Source: an uncultured delta proteobacterium (GTDB lineage Bacteria > Desulfobacterota > Binatia > Binatales > Binataceae). Taken from it: a DNA stretch of 64,000 nucleotides. Location: NCBI GenBank assembly GCA_963717005.1, contig OY970324.1:4426573-4490572 (forward strand), given 5' to 3'. Shown piece by piece: positions 18,467 through 29,626 of this stretch. Positions within the stretch are counted from its first letter, which is position 1. The number at the start of each line of letters is the position of its first letter. Both the position numbers and the translations under genes were made by a program. Below the pieces are notes generated by a model, which did not search any database, was not told the origin of the DNA, and saw nothing but the letters and a program-made list of their open reading frames with translations.

Positions 18467-19693
18467 TTGGCTACAAACGTGAAAACCAAAATGTCGGCGG
18501 ACGAGGCGCGGCGGATTGCGCTGGCGGCGCAGGGCTTCGCGAATCCACGGCCGACGACGCGTCCCGACCAACGTCATTTGCGACGAGTCATCGCGCAGAT
18601 CGGATTGCTGCAAATCGATTCTGTCAACGTGCTGGTGCGATCGCATTACTTGCCGCTGTTTTCGCGGCTTGGTGCGTACGCGCCGGAGATGCTCGACGCG
18701 TCGTGGATTGGCGCACCGGCCGGTCGCGAGCTGTTCGAGTATTGGGGGCACATGGCGTCGTTGATGCCGTTCGAAATGCATCCGATCCTCCGCTGGCGAA
18801 TGTCCGCTGCGGCCGAAAATCACAAGGACAACGACACCGGAGTCGCGACGCTCGAGCGGCGGCGTCCGGGCTTCATGCAGGCGGCGCTCGATGAGATTCG
18901 CGAGCGCGGCGCGCTCAGTGCTCGCGAGATCAGCGGCGCCGGCGCGAGCAAGGGCGGATGGTGGGGATGGAGCGACGGCAAGCGCGCGGTTGAAGCACTG
19001 TTCGCGGCGGGCAAACTTGCGGCGGCTGGACGCCGAGGCTTCGAGCGCTTGTACGATCTGCCGGAGCGAGTCATCCCGGCGCGAATCCTCGCGATGCCGA
19101 CTCCCGCGATCGAAGACGCGCAGCGTGAGTTGATGAGAATCGCCGCCAGCGCGCTTGGTGTGGGTACTGAAAAAGATCTGTGTGACTACTTTCGTATCCG
19201 CCTCGGCCCGGGAAAGCAGCGCATCAAGGAGCTCGTCGAGTCCCGCGAACTGATCCCGGTCAGCGTCGAAGGATGGCGCGAGCCGGCGTACGTGCATCGC
19301 AAGGCAAAGTCGCCGCGCAAGCTGAACGCGAGCGCCCTGCTCTCTCCGTTCGACTCGCTGGTCTGGGAGCGCGCGCGCACCGAAAGAATTTTCAGCTTCC
19401 GCTACCGGATCGAGATTTATACTCGGTCAGCGAAGCGCAAGTATGGATACTACGTGCTGCCGTTCTTGCTCGGCGACCGGCTGGTCGCGCGCGTCGATTT
19501 GAAATCCGACCGCCCCAATCGGACGCTGCTGGTAAAGGGAGCGCATTGCGAAGCGGGTGTCCGGGCGAGCGCCGTCGCTGAGCCGCTGATGCGCGAACTC
19601 GTCACGATGGCAGTGTGGCTGGGCCTCGATCGAATCAAAGTGACGCGCCGCGGCGATCTCGCCAAGAAACTCCACTCGACGCACGCGCATTAG
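18467..19693 (+). CDS. YcaQ-family crosslink-repair DNA glycosylase (HTH_42)
   Basis: LLQIDSVNV (QxD), RSHYLPLFSRLG, FEYWGH, LLSPFDSLVW.R.R, YRIEIY, YGYYVLPFL. Confidence 0.92.
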   Translation: MATNVKTKMSADEARRIALAAQGFANPRPTTRPDQRHLRRVIAQIGLLQIDSVNVLVRSHYLPLFSRLGAYAPEMLDASWIGAPAGRELFEYWGHMASLMPFEMHPILRWRMSAAAENHKDNDTGVATLERRRPGFMQAALDEIRERGALSAREISGAGASKGGWWGWSDGKRAVEALFAAGKLAAAGRRGFERLYDLPERVIPARILAMPTPAIEDAQRELMRIAASALGVGTEKDLCDYFRIRLGPGKQRIKELVESRELIPVSVEGWREPAYVHRKAKSPRKLNASALLSPFDSLVWERARTERIFSFRYRIEIYTRSAKRKYGYYVLPFLLGDRLVARVDLKSDRPNRTLLVKGAHCEAGVRASAVAEPLMRELVTMAVWLGLDRIKVTRRGDLAKKLHSTHAH

Positions 19694-19700
19694 GCGACAG

Positions 19701-21086
<1,386 letters not shown>

Positions 21087-22629
21087 GTTCGACCAACTCG
21101 CTTGACGCCAACGGAATTGCAACGACGAATCGCGACCCCGACGGCCCCGAGCTGAAGGTTATCTCGCCTTCATGCTCGCGCACTATAGATTGGCTGACCG
21201 CGAGGCCCATGCCGGTGCCTTTGCCGGGCTCCTTGGTGGTGAAGAACGGGGCGAACAGGCTTTTCTCGTGCTCGGGCGCGACGCCGATGCCGGTGTCCTC
21301 GAACGCGAGCGTCACGCGCGAGCCGCCGCTGCCCGGTTCGGTGTTCGCGGTAACGCGCAAGGTTCCACCGCCGCGATTCATCGCGTCGAGCGCGTTCATG
21401 ATCATGTTGACGAAAACTTGCTCGATTTGATCGGCGTCGCAATTTACCATCAGCGGAGTTTCACCGAGCCGAGCAATCGTTCTAACCCCGCGCTGCGCGG
21501 CTTCGGGCTCGAGCAGAGTCAGCGAGCGCTCGGCCACCGTTCTGAGATCGCAGATCGCTTTGTGCGATTCGCTCTTGCGCGCGTAGTCGAGCAGCATCTG
21601 CACGATGCGCGCGATTCGATCGATCTGGCGGACGATGATGCCGAGCTTTACGCGCGAGTCGGACGGCATCGTCTCGTCATTCTGGAGCGATTCGGCGCGC
21701 ACCCGAATAACTCCCAGCGGAGTGCCGATCTCGTGCGCGAGTCCGGCCGCCAGCGTGCCGATGGTGGCGAGCCGATCCGCCCGCTGGAGGTCGCGCTCGA
21801 GTTCCAATTCGCGCCGATGCCGTTGCGCCAGATCGGAGCGCGCGCGGGTGAGTTGCTGATCGAGTTTGCGGAATTCCTCGCTGAGCAGTTCCACTTCGCT
21901 GCCCGCGGCCCGGTCGGAATCGTCGGCCGAAAACTTCGTGACCTTTGCCGACAATTCGGCCAGCGGCCGCGCGACGTAGCGATGCACCAGCGCCGGGATG
22001 ACAGTGGCGACTACGCTAATCAGCACCAGCGCAACGACAATCGACGCGATCGATTGCGCGCGGCTGTCACGCGCCACCTTGGTCCAGTCCTGGACTTCGA
22101 GCAGGTATCCGATGACCTCGCCGCCGGTCCCTTTCAATGGAACCAATTCGCAGAACCAGTTCTTCGCCCCTGAGGTGGGACCGAACTCGGCGGATTGATG
22201 TTGTGCGATTTGCAGCCGGGCCGCATCAACGAGTTCAGGCGGGAAATTCGGCAGCGAGTGCCACAGGGTGCCGTCCTTCCGGAGGATCGCGCTCCGGGTT
22301 CCTTCAGCGTCCATCTTCTGGAACGCGCCGTCGATTTTGTCCCACTCCTGCGCGATGACTTCTTCGTCAACCGAAGGAGCGAGGCCCGAGCTGACGGCGC
22401 GCGCCGATTGTTGCAACTCGTTTATGTAGAGGTTGGACCGATCGACGCTCCAATACGTGTACACCGCGATTACCGGCATCACGCACAGCAACAGGACTAT
22501 CGTCAATCGAGTGCCGATTTTCACCGTCGGTGCTCCCATCGTATGCGCGCCACCAAATCAATCCCCCGCCAGTTATATTCCATCGGCCGCGTTCCGGCTA
22601 AGCCGTCGAATTACAAAAGTTTGAGGAGC

Positions 22630-22653
22630 AATTCCCTCGCGCGATTGGGAATT
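22630..22653. promoter_or_regulatory. Inverted repeat, candidate enhancer (UAS)
   Basis: aattccc-N10-gggaatt, ~150 bp upstream of the sigma54 motif. Confidence 0.35.
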
Positions 22654-22800
22654 TTGACCTGCGATTTTGCGCGAACTCCATATAGATGACCGCGAATCCT
22701 TCTGTGTGAATCCGTGACCGATGGCACTTGAGCAAGATTTCGCCCGTCCGGCGCGAGGTTGCTGCGTTTCGACCAAACAATCGCGCGATCGCGTTCATTT

Positions 22801-22816
22801 GGGCACATCCCTTGCT
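22801..22816 (+). promoter_or_regulatory. Putative sigma54 (-24/-12) promoter
   Basis: GGGCACATCCCTTGCT matches TGGCAC-N5-TTGC spacing. Confidence 0.55.
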
Positions 22817-22966
22817 GATGTGGTCAGGCGGCGGCCCGCCCGCTGAGTTTTGTGGCTGCGCGAGGTCGGGGGACGAAACGCCGGCCAAGCTGTAGTGGGG
22901 GACCCCGAGCCGCCTTATTTTTCCACGATCAAAACGGAACCGCACTCGATGAAAACGAAACGTAAC

Positions 22967-23064
22967 TGGATGCGGCAACGCGAAACCGGAACCGGCGGCG
23001 CTGTGCGCGCCGCTGTCCGAGATCCATCCTGCCGCTCGCGGTTGCTCGCTTCGTCAGGATGACA
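22967..23064 (+). repeat. Third copy of the structured repeat
   Basis: Matches the reverse complement of ~10890-10985 over about 100 bp. Confidence 0.85.
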
Positions 23065-23088
23065 CGCCAGCCTATACGGAGTCGGAAG

Positions 23089-23901
23089 ATGAATCAGATC
23101 TCGTTGCTCAACCGCGCGAACCTGTTCGAGGCCGGGCTTTTCTCGTGGGGCATTCCGGAAGACACTGCGCGCGAACTGACCAGGCATCATACTGAACTGA
23201 CCTACTCGTCGGGAAAATTGATCTTCGGCCAGGGCTCGCCAGCCGACATCGTGATGTGGGTCGTCAAGGGCATCGTCCGCGAAGTCTGCCCGAATCCGAA
23301 CGGCTCGCAAACGTTGGTGCGGCTCGCCACGGCTGGCGACATCCTCGGGCTGGCGGACAAGCTCAACGAGAAGGGTCAGTGGGTCCGCCGCTTCGAGGCT
23401 TGGGCCGCTGGCCCGTGCGTGCTTGCGGTTGTAACGCGCGATCACGTGCGCAATCTGCTGAAACAGATGAACCCGGAGGAGTTGCTGGCGCTGGCGGAGC
23501 GGATGAACTCGGCGGCGGCCGAATGGGTCCAGTACTACGCGACCTTCCTGGGACTGTCGTATCGCGAGCGAATCGAAATGGTGATGGCGGAGCTGGGACG
23601 CAAGTTTGGCATCGCCGACCGCGACGGTGTCCTGCTCACATTTGAACCCACGCACTCAGATTTGGCAGAAATGATCGGCAGCTCGCGGCCGGTGGTCGGC
23701 CGGGTACTGGCGGAGCTGGCCGAAGACGGCGAGATCGGACGGCGCGAGCGCAAATATATTTTGCTGCGCGGCGGAACGATCGAATCCGCGGTGAACGAAC
23801 TCGCGCACGTCCCGAGTGGCCATGTGCCTCCAGGGATCCAGCTCGCAGCGTCGAGCCGGCGCGACCTCCCACTCCGCCGCCAGCATCGATGGGCGCGATA
23901 A
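23089..23901 (+). CDS. Crp/Fnr-family transcriptional regulator (atypical effector domain)
   Basis: IFGQGSPADIVMWVVKG, AGDILG, HTH THSDLAEMIGSSRPVVGRVL. Confidence 0.9.
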   Translation: MNQISLLNRANLFEAGLFSWGIPEDTARELTRHHTELTYSSGKLIFGQGSPADIVMWVVKGIVREVCPNPNGSQTLVRLATAGDILGLADKLNEKGQWVRRFEAWAAGPCVLAVVTRDHVRNLLKQMNPEELLALAERMNSAAAEWVQYYATFLGLSYRERIEMVMAELGRKFGIADRDGVLLTFEPTHSDLAEMIGSSRPVVGRVLAELAEDGEIGRRERKYILLRGGTIESAVNELAHVPSGHVPPGIQLAASSRRDLPLRRQHRWAR

Positions 23902-24337
23902 TAGCGATTCCAGTTCGTATCTAAAAGACGGTTGCCTGTTTGCAGTTGCGCGTTCCTCGCAGCACTACAACTAGTGAACCTCTTCCTACTCCCTGCAAAT
24001 CTTCTTGCAATACGATTGGCACCGTTGTATGGGTAAACTCATCGTCAACAAGAAGCTGGGCGGTCTCACTATGTGTCACTGTAAGGGCGAGGGCGTTGGG
24101 GTCGCGGTCGGAGCTGCCGAGACGCGGCTACCCATGATTACGCCTGTAATTGGAACGAAGGCGACTCCTTCCGAGCCGGGCTTGCTCGAACAAGCCCAAG
24201 CCTCAACTACCAACGTAACGACTAGGGAAAGGATCGCAAGCCTCGAAATCCGCTTGAAGGAATTAGGCTTTGTTAAAAGGCGGATACGTCCCGGTTCACA
24301 CCTACCGCACAGATAGAATTCAATAGGAGGAGTTTTC

Positions 24338-24803
24338 ATGAACAGACTATCATTGTCTGGAATTCGATCTCTGATTCGAACTTCGCTGAAAATGGCGTTC
24401 TTTCTCGTCATGACTTCGTATGCAGCTTGGTCGCTTACACTTGCTGCCCAAACAGAGCCCATCGTTTCGTTGCCTGGCGGAGTTGGGCCGCGGGCGGCCG
24501 AGCTAAAGGGTGGGGCAACTCCAGCGAATCCAGACATGGTTCTTCCAATGAGGATTTACCTCGACATCCGCAATAGACAATCAGCCCAGAAAATGGACGA
24601 AGATCTCCATGATGCGTCTACTCCAATCTACCACAAGTGGATCAATCCGCAAATATTCGACGCAATGTTTGGCCCGCTTCAGGCCAGCTACGATGACATC
24701 GAAGCTTGGCTCAAATCGCAGGGCTTCACGGTGAGTGCGGTACGCCACGATCGACGCGACGTGGAATTTACAGGAACCGTTTCACAGGCTGATCAGGTAT
24801 TTA
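24338..24803 (+). pseudogene. Truncated S53 (sedolisin/kumamolisin) peptidase: signal peptide and pro-domain only
   Basis: AGGAG RBS; DASTPIYHKWINPQIFDAMFGP...IEAWLKSQGFTV...VEFTGTVSQADQVF; then abrupt switch to unrelated sequence. Confidence 0.75.
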
Positions 24804-24995
24804 CCCGCTTCGATCAACAACTTGAAGCGGCTGGTAACCTTGGGGACCTTCACGGCGCTGAGCATGACCATGACCGCTCCGACCGAGGGCGGCGCCGGAT
24901 ATGCGTTTCCGGCGCGCTGAAGACGCAACGGCTCGTGAAACAGACCGCCGTTTGATACTGCTGGCGCGCTGCTAGAGCGTCGGGGGCGAGCGCGC

Positions 24996-25955
24996 GTGGC
25001 CGCAAAAGTCTGGATCGGTGTCGATATCGGCGGCACCAAGACGGCGATCGTCGTCTCGGAGCGGCTGCCCGAAGTTCGCGAGCGTATCCAATTCGCGACG
25101 ATCCCCGCCAAAGGACCCGAGCGCGCGCTCGATCTGATCGGTAAGGGAATCGTCGCGCTGCTCAAGAAGCGGAGGCTCTCGAGTTCGGCAATTCGCGGTA
25201 TCGGCGTGAGTTGCGGCGGTCCACTCGATCGAGTGCGCGGGATTATCCAGGCACCGCCCAATCTGGCGACCTGGGTCGATGTTCCAATCAAAGCGATCCT
25301 AGAGCGCCTATTCGGCGTGCGCTGCAATGTCGAGAACGACGCCAACGCCGGCGCGGTCGCGGAGTATCGCTACGGCGCCGGGCGCGGCGTCGATAACATG
25401 GTCTTCCTCACGATGGGCACCGGACTCGGCGCGGGAATCATCGTCGACGGCCGGCTCTACCACGGCACCGACGATCTCGCGGGCGAGATCGGACACGTGC
25501 GGCTCACGCGCGGCGGCCCGATCGGATATCACAAGCGCGGCTCGGTCGAAGGATGGGCCAGCGGCGGCGGTATGGCGCAGGTCGCGATGCGAGCGATCGA
25601 AGACGCGCGCAAGCGCGGACAAAGCACACTGCTGACGGCGCATCGCGGGACGCTTACAGCTCGCGACGTTTGCGCGGCGGCGAAGCGTGGCGACGCGGTC
25701 GCGCAGCGAATAGTTCGCACCACCGGCGAGCGCCTGGGCCAGATTCTCGCGATCCTCGTGGACATTCTGAATCCTCAACGAATTGTGATTGGCGGGATCG
25801 CGATGCGCACCGGCGACATGATCCTGGGACCCGCGCGCGACGTGATGATGCGCGAGGCCTTGCCCATGTCGGCCGCGTCCTGCCAGCTAGTGCCGGCCGC
25901 GTTGCACGAGCGAATCGGCGATGTTGCGGCGCTATGCGTCGCGGTGGGACTCTAG
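24996..25955 (+). CDS. ROK family sugar kinase (glucokinase-like)
   Basis: GVDIGGTK, ENDANAGAVAE, GTGLGAG, GEIGH, GSVEGWASG. Confidence 0.93.
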   Translation: MAAKVWIGVDIGGTKTAIVVSERLPEVRERIQFATIPAKGPERALDLIGKGIVALLKKRRLSSSAIRGIGVSCGGPLDRVRGIIQAPPNLATWVDVPIKAILERLFGVRCNVENDANAGAVAEYRYGAGRGVDNMVFLTMGTGLGAGIIVDGRLYHGTDDLAGEIGHVRLTRGGPIGYHKRGSVEGWASGGGMAQVAMRAIEDARKRGQSTLLTAHRGTLTARDVCAAAKRGDAVAQRIVRTTGERLGQILAILVDILNPQRIVIGGIAMRTGDMILGPARDVMMREALPMSAASCQLVPAALHERIGDVAALCVAVGL

Positions 25956-25973
25956 GGCGGCGAGGCGCGCGTC

Positions 25974-26160
25974 ATGGAGCATCTCTACTTCGTCGTTCAC
26001 AGTCATTGGGATCGCGAATGGTATCAGCCGTTTCAGCGGATGCGCGCGCGGCTGCTGACGATGATGGACAAGATGCTCGCGCAGCTCGAAAGCGGCGCCC
26101 TCCCCTGCTTTCATTTCGACGGACAGACCATCGTGCTAGAGGATTATCTCGAGGTGCGGT
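25974..26160 (+). pseudogene. N-terminal fragment of a GH38 alpha-mannosidase (MngB-like)
   Basis: VVHSHWDREWY and FHFDGQTIVLEDYLEVR, then similarity ends. Confidence 0.85.
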
Positions 26161-26295
26161 GGCAGTTCACGCAACGTGACCATCGTATTCTCGCCGAGCA
26201 AGAAGGGATCTACGAGCGATGGGATCGTCATCACCAGCAATGATCCCGCGCACAAGAAACCGATCAAGGTGAAGCTCAAAGGCACATCGAAATAG
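26161..26295 (+). pseudogene. C-terminal remnant of an ASH/choice-of-anchor-D Ig-like domain surface protein
   Basis: Frame from 26161 reads GSSRNVTIVFSPSKKGSTSDGIVITSNDPAHKKPIKVKLKGTSK*. Confidence 0.7.
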
Positions 26296-26348
26296 ACTCC
26301 GCGATCGTGCGGCTAACGAATCAGAAGCTCCCGTTAGGATCGATGCCC

Positions 26349-26888
26349 CTACCTGGATGCGGCCTCCGACTGGCTCAGATTGGAGTCCGCGTGATGGTGG
26401 ACCAGCTTCCACACGCCCCCTTCGCGCCGGAAGATGTTGGTCGCGCGCTGATTGAAAGTGACCATCGGACCTTCAAACGAACGCAGTTGTCCAGTCTCGA
26501 TACAGACCGAGTAGCCCATGTCCGTCCCCGCGACGACGGTCATGTTCCGCTGTGTGATATTCCCACCGGGATAGAGCCGCGCCATGTTCAGAAAACCGTC
26601 GTGCACCTCGTTCCATCCGGTTGCGTGGCCGCCGGCCGCGCTCAGATTGGTGACGTTGGGACGATGGGACCATACGGCGCCGAGCGGCGCGAGGTCGCCG
26701 TGCAGGGCGCTGTTGAACGCCGCATAGAAGAGCAAGGTCGCGGCGCGGATCTCATTTTCAGTCGCGGTCGAAGATGTGGGCGCATGTGACTGCGCGCGCG
26801 CGGTCTGCGCGAATGGTGGCGCGAGGCTGAGCAACGCGACCAGGGTCACGACCGAAAATAGATTTCGCCAACACGCTGAAAATTTCAC
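26349..26888 (-). CDS. Exported SnoaL-like/NTF2-family protein
   Basis: GAGGAGG RBS plus GTG; signal peptide; FYAAFN, RATNIFRREGGVWKLVHHHAD. Confidence 0.88.
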   Translation of the reverse strand: MKFSACWRNLFSVVTLVALLSLAPPFAQTARAQSHAPTSSTATENEIRAATLLFYAAFNSALHGDLAPLGAVWSHRPNVTNLSAAGGHATGWNEVHDGFLNMARLYPGGNITQRNMTVVAGTDMGYSVCIETGQLRSFEGPMVTFNQRATNIFRREGGVWKLVHHHADSNLSQSEAASR

Positions 26889-27150
26889 CAGTGCCTCCTC
26901 GCACGGCAATCGCGCGGCCAAACCCGCCGCCGGTTAATCCTTGCGCTCCAAGCTAACACACCACGCGTCCGCGCGTACGTGATCGATTCTATTCCAGAGC
27001 AAAGCGATCCGATCGCCCAGACCGAGAGAGTCAGGTTACATTAGCTGGCGGCGTTCCGGTTGATAATTATTCTTATGCCTGTAGAATGGTCCGGCAGTAC
27101 GAATGGCAGTTCGGCGGGGTCGAAAGAAAAATCGGGGAGGATGAGGGGTT

Positions 27151-27300
27151 ATGGTGCTGATTCTTCTGTTGCTTCTGCTGATCGCCGGCGGATTCACTTA
27201 CTACGGCTATCGAAGCTACGGCAAGTACGGCGGATTGGTGCCGGCCATGCTCGTCATCCTGCTGATTTATTTCCTGGTCGGGACTGCCCACTTCCGCTAA
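27151..27300 (+). CDS. 49-aa two-TM small membrane protein (DUF3309-like; not in ORF track)
   Basis: MVLILLLLLLIAGGFTYYGYRSYGKYGGLVPAMLVILLIYFLVGTAHFR; GAGGGG RBS; TTGATA-N16-TAGAAT upstream. Confidence 0.75.
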   Translation: MVLILLLLLLIAGGFTYYGYRSYGKYGGLVPAMLVILLIYFLVGTAHFR

Positions 27301-27322
27301 GCGAACACTCCGCGCCGGTTGA

Positions 27323-27661
27323 TTATCTGAGCCGGGCGTACGAGATCATGTCGCTCCCGGCGCCGGAGATCGCAAGGTTGCCGGAGCCGGGGCTGCACTG
27401 GACGGCGCTGGCCGACGACGTGTCCGTGCACATCACGACGTTATCGACGCCGGTGAAGCACGGATCGATAACCGAGCTGTGTCCAGCGATGAGCGTCGCA
27501 TGACCGGCGCAATTTGACGGCCCCGACGATAGCGTAAAGCCGCCGTTAGGACCCCAGCTAGTCATGGTGGTTGGCGGCAGCGGCGGTTGCGGCTGAACCT
27601 GCAAGCATCCGGCCGTCATCGTTCCGATCAGAGCAAACATCGCAACAATCGCCCGCATCAT
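27323..27661 (-). CDS. Hypothetical lipoprotein
   Basis: GGAGGTG RBS; lipobox TAG-C; four further Cys. Confidence 0.7.
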   Translation of the reverse strand: MMRAIVAMFALIGTMTAGCLQVQPQPPLPPTTMTSWGPNGGFTLSSGPSNCAGHATLIAGHSSVIDPCFTGVDNVVMCTDTSSASAVQCSPGSGNLAISGAGSDMISYARLR

Positions 27662-27820
27662 CACCTCCATCGTACAACGGCACTTCGATTCTTCGCTCAG
27701 CCTAGCATCGAAGCCGTAACATTCCGACGCGTTCGGAGGTTCTGGCTGTTACGATACTGGCGTAACATCGATCACGCCGTGCCTATAGTAAGCGCGGCCT
27801 AGTGAAGAGCGATTCAGGCG

Positions 27821-28297
27821 ATGGCACATCCCCGGATGTATGACGATTCGAATCCCGCGATAGCGAAGTTGCGCGAGATCTGTCTCGCGTTTCCCGGCGT
27901 CTTCGAGAAAGAGGCGTGGGGCGAGTGCACGTTTCGCGTGGCCGGCGGCAGCATGTTCGCGATGACCGACAACAATCATCACGGCAGCGGCCACCTCGCG
28001 GTGTGGGTCAAGGCGCCGGCGATGGTTCAGGAAATCCTGGTCAACTCGGACCCGAAACGGTTCTTCATTCCACCGTACATGGGCAAGCAAGGATGGGTCG
28101 GCGTCCGCATCGACTACAAAGTAAAATGGGACCAGACGGCGGCGATACTGAACGACGGCTATTTGCTGTCCGCGCCGAAAAAGGTCCGAGATAAAATTCC
28201 ATCGAAGCTGCGCGATTCCGCGGCCTCACCGGACCCTACGCCAAAACGAATCTCCAGGACGGCGCGACGAAACAATGCGCCGGGGCAGGACCGCTAA
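27821..28297 (+). CDS. MmcQ/YjbR family DNA-binding protein
   Basis: LREICLAFP, WGECTFRV..MFA, RFFIPPYMG.QGWVGV. Confidence 0.88.
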   Translation: MAHPRMYDDSNPAIAKLREICLAFPGVFEKEAWGECTFRVAGGSMFAMTDNNHHGSGHLAVWVKAPAMVQEILVNSDPKRFFIPPYMGKQGWVGVRIDYKVKWDQTAAILNDGYLLSAPKKVRDKIPSKLRDSAASPDPTPKRISRTARRNNAPGQDR

Positions 28298-28818
28298 AGC
28301 AGCTACGGCACCAGTCCCGGAATCTCCCTGACTGCGCCGACGATGCTCACCGCCATCGGGCCGCTGATCGGTATCGGATTGCCGGTTAGCGGCGCGGGTA
28401 GGTGGATCGATCCGGAGGCGACCAAGGTTCCCGTCGCCCAGGTCACCAATCCCGCAGATAGTGGAAACTGAACAATCGAAGCTGCTCCCGACAAAACGAG
28501 GTTGTTGGCGTTATCCGAGCAGAGTTGTCCGTCGAAATTCACCGTGTACTGCGTCCCGGAAAACGTGCCAGTGCCCGTCGCTGGCAAGCATCCGGCGGGG
28601 GAAGTCGGTACTGTTCCCGGGACTGCACCCGGGAGTCACCGCGTACGCGAGGAGAGCCTTTCGTCGGCGGCTGGCCAGGTGAACTTCCAAAAAAGTATCG
28701 CGCCGGCAGCCTCAGAACAGGGCGTCGGCGGCCTCCATGATGGTCTCTCCGGAGGTTGGCGACGCCGCGGCTTGCGACGCACGGCCACGCGGCGAACCTT
28801 AGTGGATCGTGCGGACGT

Positions 28819-28986
28819 TTAAAAGAGCGCGGACACGCGGCCGACTAATTCCGAGACTATCGTCCCCGCATTCTGGACAAAGGCAGCGGCTACCACCGCG
28901 ATCGTTGCAAGTATCATCGCATACTCGGTCATCGTCTGCCCGCGCGAGCCTGATGCTAAGCTGTAGGCTACTGTCTGCTGGCGCAT
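28819..28986 (-). CDS. flp: Flp family type IVb pilin
   Basis: G|QTMTEYAMIL prepilin motif plus hydrophobic helix; GGGAGG RBS. Confidence 0.8.
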   Translation of the reverse strand: MRQQTVAYSLASGSRGQTMTEYAMILATIAVVAAAFVQNAGTIVSELVGRVSALF

Positions 28987-29126
28987 AACTTCCCTCCCGG
29001 GTGGTCGCATTACTTGGAGTGAGCTCCAAGCGGGAGCTGGTTTGCCAGTACCCCCTTGGAGACCATCCTTGACGCCCAGTCAGGCCATCGAGCACTTACG
29101 ACTCTTCCCCCATTGTCTATTGAAGT

Positions 29127-29156
29127 GGGGTGGCGGATGGGTTGGTCCGCCACCCC
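29127..29156 (-). terminator. Hairpin downstream of the first Flp pilin
   Basis: ggggtggcgga-N8-tccgccacccc. Confidence 0.6.
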
Positions 29157-29177
29157 GGGGACTTCACCGCTTTCGAA

Positions 29178-29348
29178 TTAGAGACTCGAGTCCACGTTCG
29201 ACAGCAGCGACGTGATGGTCGAGCCCATCGTCTGGTAGCCCACGAACACTACGACCGCGACGGCCGCGAGGATCAGCGCGTATTCCGCCATCGTCTGTCC
29301 CTTCTGATACTCCCGAGCCTTCACAACCATTTTCGTGATCATTTCCAT
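29178..29348 (-). CDS. flp: Flp family type IVb pilin (56 aa; not in ORF track)
   Basis: MEMITKMVVKAREYQKG|QTMAEYALILAAVAVVVFVGYQTMGSTITSLLSNVDSSL; GAGGAGG RBS. Confidence 0.92.
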   Translation of the reverse strand: MEMITKMVVKAREYQKGQTMAEYALILAAVAVVVFVGYQTMGSTITSLLSNVDSSL

Positions 29349-29488
29349 TCCCGTGTCCTCCTCAGACTGTTTTTTTGGCCGAAATTGGCCATTGTCCCCG
29401 TTAATAAAGTCCGACGCGTTACCAACCTTCGCGCTGACGGTCCGAGTCAGCCTTAATCCGCGTTAGATGGTCACAACCAACAGTTTCT

Positions 29489-29517
29489 TTAATATACGGA
29501 TTGTAGGTTTGTGTAAA
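29489..29517 (-). promoter_or_regulatory. Putative sigma70 promoter of the flp genes
   Basis: TTTACA-N17-TATTAA on the minus strand. Confidence 0.4.
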
Positions 29518-29626
29518 GAGCCGTGAATCAAAAATTTATCGGGTAGGCTAGGATGGCCTAAGCAAGGGAATGACTTCCCGAGAGCTCGGGCGATCGTGGG
29601 CAGATGATGCGTGCTATGGTTGCGGC

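Noticed and set aside
28588-28745. In-frame TGA upstream of the 28303-28587 ORF as another Sec site
   Set aside because: No redox-motif context and no coherent upstream frame; looks like decay
28990-29060. GGCAAACC upstream of the second flp, suggesting a c-di-GMP-I riboswitch
   Set aside because: Lacks the GAAA tetraloop, GACGCAAA and P2 receptor elements
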